Virus record (IMG/VR): IMGVR_UViG_3300035698_014118
Location: 1-64,000 of that record
Source of the DNA: a virus
Direction: 5' to 3' (one strand)
Length of the DNA stretch: 64,000 nucleotides
A program made the translations under genes and the position numbers. The notes beneath the pieces were generated by a model, which was given only the letters and a program-made list of their open reading frames with translations, did not search any database and was not told where the DNA came from. Positions 9,872 to 19,560 of the stretch are shown piece by piece (position 1 is the stretch's first letter; every line of letters begins with the position of its first letter).

Positions 9872-10555
9872 ATGCTGGGCATAGAAAATAAACTACATTT
9901 CCCGAAAATTCGCTATTCAGAAACATCTTCAACTGGCGATGGTAAGCCATCTATCGCTACGTACAAATTAGATTGGACTAGACAAGAAAAACTAGTTAAA
10001 GATGATCATGAGTATTGGAATAAAAACTCTTGGCCCAACCTTGATATCCCATTTGTAGGCTCTTTGCCAGAACCATACGACTCTATGGTTAAGTCATTGA
10101 GATTTGGATTGAGAAAATCCTATTTACTTGAAATAAATAGATGCTCTAGAGCCGCTTTAAACGAACTTAATATAAAAAGGTCTATGGATACCAATATCCG
10201 AGATTTTTGCCTTAAACCTGCCGAATCGTTCGTAGAAACAGCATTCAAATTGCTTGCAGACTCTATATATGATACAGAAACTATGTACTATACCAGAGAT
10301 TATGAGAAAAAGGTAATTGCCTTTCATTCTATGTTATATAAATTCTGGTGTTACCAGACAGGTAGAGGACTTATTTTATCACGTTCAGGAGTACACGATT
10401 TAGTATCTAGATATACTGTAACTAAACAGAAAGATGAAGATGTTGTGAAAGTACAAGGTTTTCTAAAAGCATTAAAATCTCATAATAAAAGGTTGCATGA
10501 GTCTTACGATCAGATTAGCGTAGAGTGTCAAAAAGAAATTTCAGAAAAAGAATGA
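9872..10555 (+). CDS. Hypothetical protein
   Basis: 227-aa ORF with AGGAG RBS. Confidence 0.6.
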   Translation: MLGIENKLHFPKIRYSETSSTGDGKPSIATYKLDWTRQEKLVKDDHEYWNKNSWPNLDIPFVGSLPEPYDSMVKSLRFGLRKSYLLEINRCSRAALNELNIKRSMDTNIRDFCLKPAESFVETAFKLLADSIYDTETMYYTRDYEKKVIAFHSMLYKFWCYQTGRGLILSRSGVHDLVSRYTVTKQKDEDVVKVQGFLKALKSHNKRLHESYDQISVECQKEISEKE

Positions 10556-10607
10556 TTTTCTTGTTATAATAGATATACTGTATTACAGCAAGAAAGGCTG
10601 GTGAAAG

Positions 10608-10934
10608 ATGAGTGATAATATTCCCACTTTGAATCCTGAAGACGATTATAAGGTTAAACGAAATAGCAGAAAAGCTGAAGTTACTTTAGCTAGGTGTTTG
10701 CTTCAACCAAATGAAGGTTATGCATTTGGAGGCAGAAAAGAATATTGGCCTAACTCGTTTGGGACGTATATTTATACGTCTAGGATGGTTGAACAAACAA
10801 ATATTACATGGAACGAAGCTGAGGAAATACTCAAAGAGTGGACAAAAAGTGGTTGGTACGGTTACGGCCAAACTCTTAAGACGGGTTGGTTCACTGATAA
10901 AGGCCGAAAAGAATTGTATGCTCTTACACGATGA
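10608..10934 (+). CDS. Hypothetical protein
   Basis: ORF with GGTGA RBS; G.YGYG.TL.TGWFT.KG motif. Confidence 0.55.
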   Translation: MSDNIPTLNPEDDYKVKRNSRKAEVTLARCLLQPNEGYAFGGRKEYWPNSFGTYIYTSRMVEQTNITWNEAEEILKEWTKSGWYGYGQTLKTGWFTDKGRKELYALTR

Positions 10935-11098
10935 GATTGACTGAATATTTCTATTATCTCGAAACAGGATCATTGAAAAACTTTACTCATTTATCTTTTT
11001 CTCCTGCAATGCAAAAGCAGAGAGCACTTACAGGAAAAGAAAAAAGAAAAGAAGCTAAGGAAAAGACGAAACAAATAGATTTGTTTGAAGACCTATAA
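10931..11098 (+). CDS. 55-aa protein absent from the ORF track, with C-terminal QIDLF
   Basis: Hand translation MRLTEYFYYLETGSLKNFTHLSFSPAMQKQRALTGKEKRKEAKEKTKQIDLFEDL; overlaps the upstream stop (ATGA) and the downstream start (TAATG). Confidence 0.6.
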   Translation: MRLTEYFYYLETGSLKNFTHLSFSPAMQKQRALTGKEKRKEAKEKTKQIDLFEDL

Positions 11099-11811
11099 TG
11101 GATAGTAAACTAAGCAAAACACTTCTTAAAAGATTAAGAAATTTTAAAGACAAATCTAGCAAGATGCTAGATGAATCGAGCGCCATTCGTGCTGGAATAC
11201 AGAATGCAATGATGATTTCTGATTTACCAGACGAAGAACGAGATTCTTTAAAAGAAGTATTAGAATTCTTTGAAGACATAAAAGTTGAATTAACATCAAT
11301 AACTGAAGAATCTGAAAATACTGTTCGCATATTTAAGAGTGTAGATAAAGTAAAACTTTTGAGAATAGCTACAGGCGAAACTGTAAGAATCAGACCACTT
11401 AATTTACCTATTCTGTATTATTTTCACATGGACGTAAACAATTTTATATGTATGCAAGATGATGATGAGATTATCCACTATTTAACTAATAATGGAATAA
11501 AATTAAGATCAAGAGTAGCGTTTTACGCATGGAAATCTGATGATAAGGAGGTTGTCTTAGCTACATTGCCAAAAAGTATAGTCGGTGACATATTAAATGT
11601 ATGTAATGGCAGTGCTCCAAATCTTCCTTCTGGCGGTCACGTTCTTTCTATATCAAAAGTTGGCTATGGAATAACTACAAAATACGCTGTTACCGCTGAA
11701 CCTCTTTTAATGAGGGAACAAGAAATAAATATGCTGTTAGAAGATTTACCCTCTATGACAGAAGTTTTAAATCTTAAAGACCTTGATGAAGTAAAACAGT
11801 TATTACCATGA
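11098..11811 (+). CDS. Hypothetical protein; C-terminal half may be gp32-like ssDNA-binding
   Basis: N-terminal coiled coil; GET.RIRPL and LSISKVGYGITTKYAV resemble gp32-like SSB motifs. Confidence 0.35.
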   Translation: MDSKLSKTLLKRLRNFKDKSSKMLDESSAIRAGIQNAMMISDLPDEERDSLKEVLEFFEDIKVELTSITEESENTVRIFKSVDKVKLLRIATGETVRIRPLNLPILYYFHMDVNNFICMQDDDEIIHYLTNNGIKLRSRVAFYAWKSDDKEVVLATLPKSIVGDILNVCNGSAPNLPSGGHVLSISKVGYGITTKYAVTAEPLLMREQEINMLLEDLPSMTEVLNLKDLDEVKQLLP

Positions 11812-12329
11812 AAAGGCTTTTTACAGAAGAACAAGTACAAATCGCAATTAAGTCATTAGCTAGCGGAATTGACGAAAAATTCTGCAAAGACTATTCTGTT
11901 GATTATCTTTCAAGTAAAGAAGTAGTTTTTATCGGCATACTCAAAGGTGGTATAGATTTCATGTTCAAGTTGTTAAAGAATGTGAATATCAGATATACTT
12001 TTGGGTTTTTGTCTATATCGTCTTATGGGAGTGGTCATCGTCCGGGTCAGCCGAAGTTAGAATATGTTGGCATTCCTGATTTAAAGGATAAAGATGTTGT
12101 TATAGTTGATGATATTGTTGATACAGGTAATTCTATAGAATTAGCAAAAAAAATTACCATGTTGTATGAGCCAGCTAGTTTAACAACTGTCACTTTATTG
12201 TTGCGAGAGAATACTCCTAAAGACCCTGATATGTTTGGACTTATAGTGGGAAACGATAGATTCGTTATAGGTTCTGGTATGGGCAATGGAGATTTATATA
12301 GGTACATGAAGGGAATTTGGATCATGTAA
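11808..12329 (+). CDS. hpt: Hypoxanthine phosphoribosyltransferase
   Basis: GILKGG..F; SSYG; PRPP-binding VVIVDDIVDTGNS; FVIG.G. Confidence 0.85.
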   Translation: MKRLFTEEQVQIAIKSLASGIDEKFCKDYSVDYLSSKEVVFIGILKGGIDFMFKLLKNVNIRYTFGFLSISSYGSGHRPGQPKLEYVGIPDLKDKDVVIVDDIVDTGNSIELAKKITMLYEPASLTTVTLLLRENTPKDPDMFGLIVGNDRFVIGSGMGNGDLYRYMKGIWIM

Positions 12330-12347
12330 AATTTATTGATTAATTTC

Positions 12348-12375
12348 TTGACATACTTATTTTACATGGTATATT
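12348..12375 (+). promoter_or_regulatory. Sigma70-like promoter of the vWA gene
   Basis: TTGACA-N16-TATATT in intergenic DNA. Confidence 0.5.
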
Positions 12376-12409
12376 ACTTTGAATCCAGTTAATCCTGAAA
12401 GGAATAACA

Positions 12410-13234
12410 ATGCCAAAAGCAAAGAAACAGAAGCGAAAGATTAATTATTACCTAATTATCCTTGATAAGAGCGGTTCGATGTCATCTGTAGCCACAGATA
12501 CTATCAGCGGTTTTAACGAGCAAGTTCAAACCGTTAAGGATTTGACTCGCAAGCATCCTGATCAAGAGTTTGTTGTCTCTTTGGTCACATTCAACCATGA
12601 AGTTGACTATGTTTTCTTCGGAGCAGAATCAGACGAATTGGACGAAATCAAAGACGATGCATATTCTCCTGATGGAATGACTGCCCTGTATGATGCTGTA
12701 TGCCTTAGCATCAATAAGGTTCGTCATGACATGAAGAAAGAATTGAAAAACGAAGATGTCCATGTCTTCTGCACAATCTTCACGGATGGTTGTGAGAACC
12801 ATTCTGTAGAATTCACTCGCGAGCAGTTTAACGAGTTAACTAAATCTATTGAAACCGACAAGAGTTGGACTTTAACGTATATTGGTGCAAACCATGATGT
12901 CGGTGCAGCCGCTGCTGGAATGGGTATTTCTGCTGGTAATACAGCAGCTTTCTCTCATACTGGCGTTGGAAGCAAAGCAGCAATGCGAGGCGTGAGTGCA
13001 GTTCTTAGACGATCTGCGGAATATCGTAGCGCTGGTTTAGATTCAGACGATGACCGATTTGATTCTATGGTTTCAGACGTTTATGATAAAGCTTATACTG
13101 CCGAAGTTGACAATATGACTATCGGTGGAACAGAAGCAAAACCTGTATGGGATAAAGACAAGTCTTTAGATTGGAAGCCAGAAGACGACGATACCAAGAA
13201 GGCAAAGGCTAAAAACAAAAAGCCAAAGAAGTAA
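12410..13234 (+). CDS. von Willebrand factor A domain protein
   Basis: MIDAS ILDKSGSM; GMTALYDAV; IFTDG.EN.S; YIGAN. Confidence 0.85.
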   Translation: MPKAKKQKRKINYYLIILDKSGSMSSVATDTISGFNEQVQTVKDLTRKHPDQEFVVSLVTFNHEVDYVFFGAESDELDEIKDDAYSPDGMTALYDAVCLSINKVRHDMKKELKNEDVHVFCTIFTDGCENHSVEFTREQFNELTKSIETDKSWTLTYIGANHDVGAAAAGMGISAGNTAAFSHTGVGSKAAMRGVSAVLRRSAEYRSAGLDSDDDRFDSMVSDVYDKAYTAEVDNMTIGGTEAKPVWDKDKSLDWKPEDDDTKKAKAKNKKPKK

Positions 13235-13252
13235 AAAAATAATAGTCTTCGT

Positions 13253-13287
13253 AAAAGGGCGAGATTTTTTTCTCGTCCTTTTTTTTT
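13253..13287 (+). terminator. Rho-independent terminator
   Basis: aaaagggcgaga / tctcgtcctttt stem followed by a T-run. Confidence 0.75.
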
Positions 13288-13354
13288 GAAACCTAAAGGA
13301 GAAATGAACGATATTAAGAAGTATAAATAATCTAAATTGTTTAAAGGCATAAAA

Positions 13355-16273
13355 ATGCGTTTTAATCTCAAAAAGCTATCTCAAGAAAAAACAGTACGAG
13401 GACCAGCAGTTGATGCTGTGATTGATGTCGTCAATGATATGTACGGTAGAGGCGCACCAGTTGTATACGATAATCAAGGATTTAACCAAAACGATTATCC
13501 TAATCCCGATTTACATAGAATAGCTATGATGATGGGTCAAGATGTCCCTATAAGTCTTATAGTAGATACTGTAATGATTTTGAGTAGATATAAAAATACT
13601 CAGATCACTAATTTTGATCAATTAGCTTTTGATGTCCAGCAACTGATTAATCAAGCTTCTGGTATGCAAACTCCTACTTCGCCTTTATCTTCTGCTCAGG
13701 GAACTGTAAATAATGTTGTAACTTTTGTTGGTCAAGAGTACGGCATTCCTATTTTTCATATCCCCGGTCTTGGTAAAAAAACTGTCAAGATTACAAGAGC
13801 TATAAAAACAATTATGTCGGAGAAGGGAGAAGACGCAGGAGATGCATGGAAAAAGTTTTATCGTTCTAAAAAGGGTATAGACTTTTTCAGAGTTGATACA
13901 GAATATCTAGAGATAGTAAAATCTGTTCTTGAAAGTAAAGGTTATGATGTATCTCAAATGGTTGTTAGCGAAAAAGCTGAAGAAGAGTTGAAAAACTTCA
14001 AAAAGATTCATATAATTAGCGAACAAGAATCTGGACAATTAGCAGTAACGATAAAATTCCCATTTGATAAAAACTTGATCGATGCAATTAAGGAATGGAA
14101 GAGTCGAACATACGATGGCGACAATAAGGCTTGGAAAATATTTGATCCTACACCTGATTTCCTTAAAGCATTTGCAGAAGTAGCTAAAGGAAAAGGATTC
14201 GACATAAGCAGTATAGAAGCTTTGATCAAACAAATAGAAGCATCTCAACCACCCTCCGGTGAACTTGATAAAAAGAAAAAAGACCAAGGCGTTGCTTTAA
14301 GGGTCAAAGATGTAGTTGGGGTAACTAATGGTAAGTGGCATCTTGCATTTGGTTTCTATAGAAAAGGGACTGATGAGGGAGAGTATCTTAAAGAAATTAT
14401 CAAATTTTCTTTTCCTATGTATGGAGTAGATAAACAAAGATTTGTTGACAGTGTAGGTGGCGGCAAATTTAAAGAATATCTTGTTAAAGGAACCTATGGA
14501 GATTATAGAAGATTACACGATATTTTTACGACATACGGTTTCGATACTTCAGAATTCGACAGACTTGTTAATGGATTTATAGATAACGATATTGTGCAGA
14601 TAGATAGAATTGAGGGAGACCTCGATGGATATCAAACAGAATATCGTGACGCAAAAGGAAGAATCAGAAAAAGAAATGATCCTGAAGCATTCTATAAAAC
14701 CATTGAAGATACTTATGAAGGTAAAGTAGAAAAAGACGGGAAAATAATTGACTTCAAACTTTATCCTGAACAAAAAGAAGGTGTTGCATTTTTGTATGGA
14801 AGAAAGTCTGCAATTCTTGGAGACGAAACAGGTGTTGGTAAAACAGTACAGATGGTAATAGCTGCCGACATGCGAATGAGACAAGATGGTGGAAGAACTC
14901 TTGTAATAACAGTCAATGATATCGTCCAGCGACAATGGATTGCTGAAATCAAGAGATTTACAGAAACCGAAGAAAGTAGTATTTCCACAGACCCTACTCA
15001 TGGTAAGACATGGACAGTAATGACATATTCTGCTTTTAGCTCTAAAGCATCTAGAGAATACAATGTTTCTACTTTACAAGCACAAATCAAAAGTGGAGAA
15101 ATCGTTTGTTGTCTATTAGATGAAATCGATTCTGTAAAAAATACAGGGTCTCAAAGAACAAAAAGCGTACAAAGTCTTACTCATTTTGAGGAAGAAGACC
15201 AAACATTTGAAATACCATTTGTGTGGGGCGGAACAGCTACGGTTGTTGCCAATAAACCTGTTGATGTATACAACCAGTTAAAAGCTATTAATCATCCATT
15301 AGGACAAGTAAGCTTTATTACATTCGCAAAAGAATTCGGTGGAATGGTTCAGGGAAAATATGGTTGGGAATCAGGAGAACCAGCAGCAGAAATAGAAGCA
15401 GCCAACAAACTCAAAGAATGGCTGATCAATTATGGAGTCTATATACAAAGAACCAAAAAAGATATACGAGAAGATATGCCAGACCAGATTGTTTCAGAAG
15501 AAAACGTTCAACTGGATACTTCTCAACTATATACAAAAGCTCAAGCAAGAATGGCTGGATATAAAGACCCCAATCTTCCTATATCTGCCATGATAGCAAT
15601 GAGAGCAGAGCTTGCAGAAGCAAAAGCTCCTTTAAGTGTACAGAAGCTTATTCCACACCTTAAGGGCGGAAAGAAGGTAGCTGTCTTCACTATGTTCAAG
15701 AATTCCTCATTTGAATTAGTCAGAGGGCTACAGATGGCTCTCGATGCTATCGGTGAAGGCGGTACTGTCGGTGTTATTGCTGGCGGTATGCATAAGAAAA
15801 CAAAAGAAAAAGTTATCACGGACATCAAAAACCCGAATAGTAGTATGAGAGCTATCGTAATTACTATTACTGCTGGTGGAACAGGACTCGATTTCCCCAA
15901 CGTAACTTCTATTACAAGAGTCAATGACTTTGATTGGACTCCAAGAAGCGCAGAACAATCAGAAGGACGGTTCTATAGAATCATTACAGATCATGATGTT
16001 CATACTGTATATACAATTGCAGCGGGAACAGAAGATGAAGATTTTTATAATAGAGTTCAGAATAAAAGAAAACTTGCAAAAATCATTCAAAGACTTACTC
16101 AAAAACAAATGGGTATGATTATGAAGGGTGTTAGACGAGGAAATAAGGATAGGAAAAAAGTTGAAGAAGAACTTGGTAAAGCAATTCTAGAACAGATTAA
16201 ATCTGAACAGACAGATAAAGCGTTCATGGCTAAGAAGTCAAGAGAAATAAGAAATAGGATGAGTGGTTCTTAG
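13355..16273 (+). CDS. SNF2-family helicase/ATPase with N-terminal extension (HARP-like segment)
   Basis: LYPEQKEG; LGDETGVGKT; LDEID; TATVVANKP; GGTGLD; DWTP....QSEGR..R; start set at ATG 13355. Confidence 0.85.
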   Translation: MRFNLKKLSQEKTVRGPAVDAVIDVVNDMYGRGAPVVYDNQGFNQNDYPNPDLHRIAMMMGQDVPISLIVDTVMILSRYKNTQITNFDQLAFDVQQLINQASGMQTPTSPLSSAQGTVNNVVTFVGQEYGIPIFHIPGLGKKTVKITRAIKTIMSEKGEDAGDAWKKFYRSKKGIDFFRVDTEYLEIVKSVLESKGYDVSQMVVSEKAEEELKNFKKIHIISEQESGQLAVTIKFPFDKNLIDAIKEWKSRTYDGDNKAWKIFDPTPDFLKAFAEVAKGKGFDISSIEALIKQIEASQPPSGELDKKKKDQGVALRVKDVVGVTNGKWHLAFGFYRKGTDEGEYLKEIIKFSFPMYGVDKQRFVDSVGGGKFKEYLVKGTYGDYRRLHDIFTTYGFDTSEFDRLVNGFIDNDIVQIDRIEGDLDGYQTEYRDAKGRIRKRNDPEAFYKTIEDTYEGKVEKDGKIIDFKLYPEQKEGVAFLYGRKSAILGDETGVGKTVQMVIAADMRMRQDGGRTLVITVNDIVQRQWIAEIKRFTETEESSISTDPTHGKTWTVMTYSAFSSKASREYNVSTLQAQIKSGEIVCCLLDEIDSVKNTGSQRTKSVQSLTHFEEEDQTFEIPFVWGGTATVVANKPVDVYNQLKAINHPLGQVSFITFAKEFGGMVQGKYGWESGEPAAEIEAANKLKEWLINYGVYIQRTKKDIREDMPDQIVSEENVQLDTSQLYTKAQARMAGYKDPNLPISAMIAMRAELAEAKAPLSVQKLIPHLKGGKKVAVFTMFKNSSFELVRGLQMALDAIGEGGTVGVIAGGMHKKTKEKVITDIKNPNSSMRAIVITITAGGTGLDFPNVTSITRVNDFDWTPRSAEQSEGRFYRIITDHDVHTVYTIAAGTEDEDFYNRVQNKRKLAKIIQRLTQKQMGMIMKGVRRGNKDRKKVEEELGKAILEQIKSEQTDKAFMAKKSREIRNRMSGS

Positions 16274-16277
16274 TAGA

Positions 16278-17033
16278 TTATGTAGAACGCATCATTTCAA
16301 CTAGTTCTACAGAACGATCTCCAACTTGATTGTACCATTTAGAATCTACCATTTCATCTGCTGCTTGTTGGAAATCATTTCTAGCTAAGGCTCGTTTGAA
16401 TTTTCTGAATCCTGCGAATCTATTAGGTCCAAGATTAAACATCATATCTACAATGATATGCTGAACGTTTGAGGGTAGTCTATAAAAGTTTGGTATTTGT
16501 TGTTTGGAATATTTCATAGCTTCTTCTAGGTTAATATGAAAAAGAGTATCTATTTGTTCTGGGGTAAGAACTTGTTTACCGTCTAAAACTGCATTATAAT
16601 TTGCTCCTAAGTCTGTGATGAGTTTTCTTGCATCTGATCTTCTTAGATTAAAGCCTATACCAATTGTAGGGATTTTTTTGGAATCAAAGTATCTGCGATT
16701 TTTATTACCTTCATGTCTTGAGATCATATCACTTAAAGCTTTGTTTTTTTGTTCTTCTGGTGCAAATTTCTTTTTAGTAGGTTCAATTGGTAATTTTGTT
16801 TCAGGTTCAACAACTTTTTCAGAAGGTGCTTGTTCTCTAGTTTCTGTTTGTTGTACTTGCTTTGCTAATTCTTTTTGTGCGGGTACCGGATTCCCATTAT
16901 GTTTGGAAAATAGATTTTGAACATCAAGCTGGGTAAGACCCAACATAAGTATAAGAGAAATGAGAGGAGGAGTTAGAAATGCTTTCCAAGACCATTCGCC
17001 TTGTTTATATTGTTGTGTTCTGTACCAATTCAT
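16278..17033 (-). CDS. T4-type lysozyme (GH24) with N-terminal hydrophobic segment
   Basis: HEG....YFDS..IPTIGIGFNL; DMMFNLG..RF.GF; AADEMVDSKWYNQVG.R. Confidence 0.85.
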   Translation of the reverse strand: MNWYRTQQYKQGEWSWKAFLTPPLISLILMLGLTQLDVQNLFSKHNGNPVPAQKELAKQVQQTETREQAPSEKVVEPETKLPIEPTKKKFAPEEQKNKALSDMISRHEGNKNRRYFDSKKIPTIGIGFNLRRSDARKLITDLGANYNAVLDGKQVLTPEQIDTLFHINLEEAMKYSKQQIPNFYRLPSNVQHIIVDMMFNLGPNRFAGFRKFKRALARNDFQQAADEMVDSKWYNQVGDRSVELVEMMRST

Positions 17034-17112
17034 AAAAAGGAATCCTTGTTTTTCCGATACTATTATATAGTATGTTTCATCAAAAATCCTTTATTAAATA
17101 TAGGAGAAATTA

Positions 17113-17421
17113 ATGCCACTAGATGATGATTTTAAAAAAATAGCTCTTGAATACGGAGAAAAGGTATACAACGAAATCTACGTTTCTATGCAAGACCCTA
17201 CTCAGAGTATCGAGGGTGAAACCCTAAAGGTCTATAACGAGCTAAGAGATTGGGGTTGGCTAGATGAACATCCTGTAGAAGATCAGAATGCTCATATTGT
17301 CTACGTCAAGATGATTGCTATGCAAAAGTATAGACATCTTAGATGGGATAAAGCACATCCGCCTAAGAGAAAACTTACTAAATGGGAAATAGTTACTGGT
17401 CGTCTGGGCGGCAAAAGATAA
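17113..17421 (+). CDS. Hypothetical protein
   Basis: ORF with AGGAG RBS. Confidence 0.6.
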   Translation: MPLDDDFKKIALEYGEKVYNEIYVSMQDPTQSIEGETLKVYNELRDWGWLDEHPVEDQNAHIVYVKMIAMQKYRHLRWDKAHPPKRKLTKWEIVTGRLGGKR

Positions 17422-18606
17422 CTATATCTTCAATATCTTTTTGCAAAGCTCTACTTCTTCGACTTTACCTGTATGCTTACCTACTGAATCAGAAAGCTTG
17501 CAAGTAGAAGTCCAATCCATTCCGAAAGGTTTGGCACCTGTCATCTTGATTACCATGTTAAGCGGCTTGATATCGACATCGTTAGTCAACCAAGTTCCGA
17601 TACCAAATGCTTGACGAATGCTTCCTTGACCACAATTAACAATTTCTTTGATTTTTTCAATGCTGGAAATACCATCGCTATAAATAATGGTCTTTGTGGT
17701 TGGATCAATTCCAAGCTTATTGTAATGACGAATTACCTTAGACGTAAATTCAATGGGATTGCCGCTATCTTGACGAACACCATCGAACAACTTTGCGTAG
17801 AACGAATTGAAAGAGCGAAGGAATACATCTGTAGTAAATGTATCTGGCAGAACGATACCTAATTCTCCCTGGTAAACATCAGTCCAAGCCTTCATACTCG
17901 TAAGGTTAGCCATCTTGTAACCGAATTTGGCAGCATGGAATTGGATGAATTCGTGGGCTTGAGTTCCTTTAGGAATCATATCATTGAGCATTGCAAAATG
18001 TACGTTGCTTGTTCCAACGCAACAGTCAGAACCTCTCAAAGCTTCAATGACTGTTTTCTGGACATTGTAAGAATGTCGTCTACGAGTTCCAAACTCTGAC
18101 AAAAGAATCTTCATAACTTCGAATTCTTTTCTCTTTTTTTCAGTTCTTTTCTTTGCCAAAGAAACTACTACTTCTTTCGACCTATTATCAGCATAGTTGA
18201 AATATGACTCGCTGATAATAGACATAATAGGAACTTCCCAAAGAACGGTTCGATACCAAGGACCAGTAATACTAAGACATAACTGATTCTTTGAATTTAG
18301 CGATGTAGAGATTTCATTCGGCTGGAATCGATATCCTCGCAAAAAGTCCAAATATGTTGCATTTAGATATGGGCAACATGAGCGAAGGAAGTCATATCCT
18401 TGTTTAGTAAGAGACAAATTAGACATGGCGTAAATCTGTTCGCGAATTTCATTTACGATGTCTGCGGTGAACGTATGAGTACCTCGATTGATAAAGGTGT
18501 ATTCCACTTCTGCTTTCGGATACTTTGAAATGATGGCTTGTTGCTGAGTTAGCTTATACAAGTCGGTATCCAAAATACTTGGAATCATGTTATCTGTCGC
18601 GCTCAT
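17422..18606 (-). CDS. pncB: Nicotinate phosphoribosyltransferase
   Basis: LDTDLYK; EFGTRRR; GTSNV; GTQAHE; GVRQDSG; FGIGT; KLSD..GK. Confidence 0.93.
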   Translation of the reverse strand: MSATDNMIPSILDTDLYKLTQQQAIISKYPKAEVEYTFINRGTHTFTADIVNEIREQIYAMSNLSLTKQGYDFLRSCCPYLNATYLDFLRGYRFQPNEISTSLNSKNQLCLSITGPWYRTVLWEVPIMSIISESYFNYADNRSKEVVVSLAKKRTEKKRKEFEVMKILLSEFGTRRRHSYNVQKTVIEALRGSDCCVGTSNVHFAMLNDMIPKGTQAHEFIQFHAAKFGYKMANLTSMKAWTDVYQGELGIVLPDTFTTDVFLRSFNSFYAKLFDGVRQDSGNPIEFTSKVIRHYNKLGIDPTTKTIIYSDGISSIEKIKEIVNCGQGSIRQAFGIGTWLTNDVDIKPLNMVIKMTGAKPFGMDWTSTCKLSDSVGKHTGKVEEVELCKKILKI

Positions 18607-18734
18607 AGGTTCTCCTTTGTGTCTTTTTAGTATTGTGAAAGTTATTCCTGTAATATAACGGGTGTAATGTTTTCCTTTGTCATGACATTATACCTGTTGC
18701 GGCGCAGTATGACAATGAAATAGGAGATTTTTTT

Positions 18735-19559
18735 ATGGATGCTTCTGAAGTGAAAAAGATATGGGACACCTTCTTGGTAAAGAAGGATGAAAAGTCTCGC
18801 AAGAAGCTGTTAGAGCATTACTTTACGTATGTTCAAAAGATTGCCACAAACCTATCTAAGAAGTACAACAATAAGGTATCTTCGGAAGAATTGGCTTCTC
18901 ATGGCATTACTGGACTGTATCGAGCTATCAACTATTATGATGAAGATCGTGGAGTCAAATTTGAGACATATGCTTATTCAAGAATCAAGGGAGCTATGAT
19001 CGATGGAATCAGAAGTGAAGACTGGGTTCCAAGAAGTGTAAGATTACGTCAAACATCAATAGAAAAAGAAAAACTCAAAAAAGAATATGAATTAGGACAC
19101 AGAGTACCAGAAACTGATGTATTAAAGGGGATGGGAATCAAAGAAGCTGAATTCCACAAGAAAAGGAAAAAGTATCGTGCTATTTCCGTGTCTAGTTTAG
19201 AAAATACATTATGTTCTGATATTGATGCAGATGAAAATAAAAAAGACTTTAACAAGTATTTGGCAGATTCAAGCGAAGAAGTTCCGGGTGGAGGGATGAT
19301 TAGAAAGGAATTTCTAAAGAAACTTATGAGCAAAGATTTCAATATGATGGAAAGAAAAATGATTTACTTCCATTACTATGAAAATCTTACTATGAAAGAT
19401 ATAGCAAACAGATTTGATATATCTGAATCGAGAATGAGCCAAATACACCGATCTGTTTTGAAACGGCTCAAGAATAAGATCAAAAACAATCCTGCATATT
19501 TCAGTAAAGATGTATTGTCTCTAGTTAGCACCTGTAATAATAAGGATTCTCTCATATAA
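18735..19559 (+). CDS. fliA: FliA/WhiG (sigma-28) family RNA polymerase sigma factor
   Basis: GVKFETYAYSRIKGAMIDGIR.EDWVPRSVR; region 4 YYENLTMKDIA....ISESRMSQIH. Confidence 0.9.
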   Translation: MDASEVKKIWDTFLVKKDEKSRKKLLEHYFTYVQKIATNLSKKYNNKVSSEELASHGITGLYRAINYYDEDRGVKFETYAYSRIKGAMIDGIRSEDWVPRSVRLRQTSIEKEKLKKEYELGHRVPETDVLKGMGIKEAEFHKKRKKYRAISVSSLENTLCSDIDADENKKDFNKYLADSSEEVPGGGMIRKEFLKKLMSKDFNMMERKMIYFHYYENLTMKDIANRFDISESRMSQIHRSVLKRLKNKIKNNPAYFSKDVLSLVSTCNNKDSLI

Positions 19560-19560
19560 C

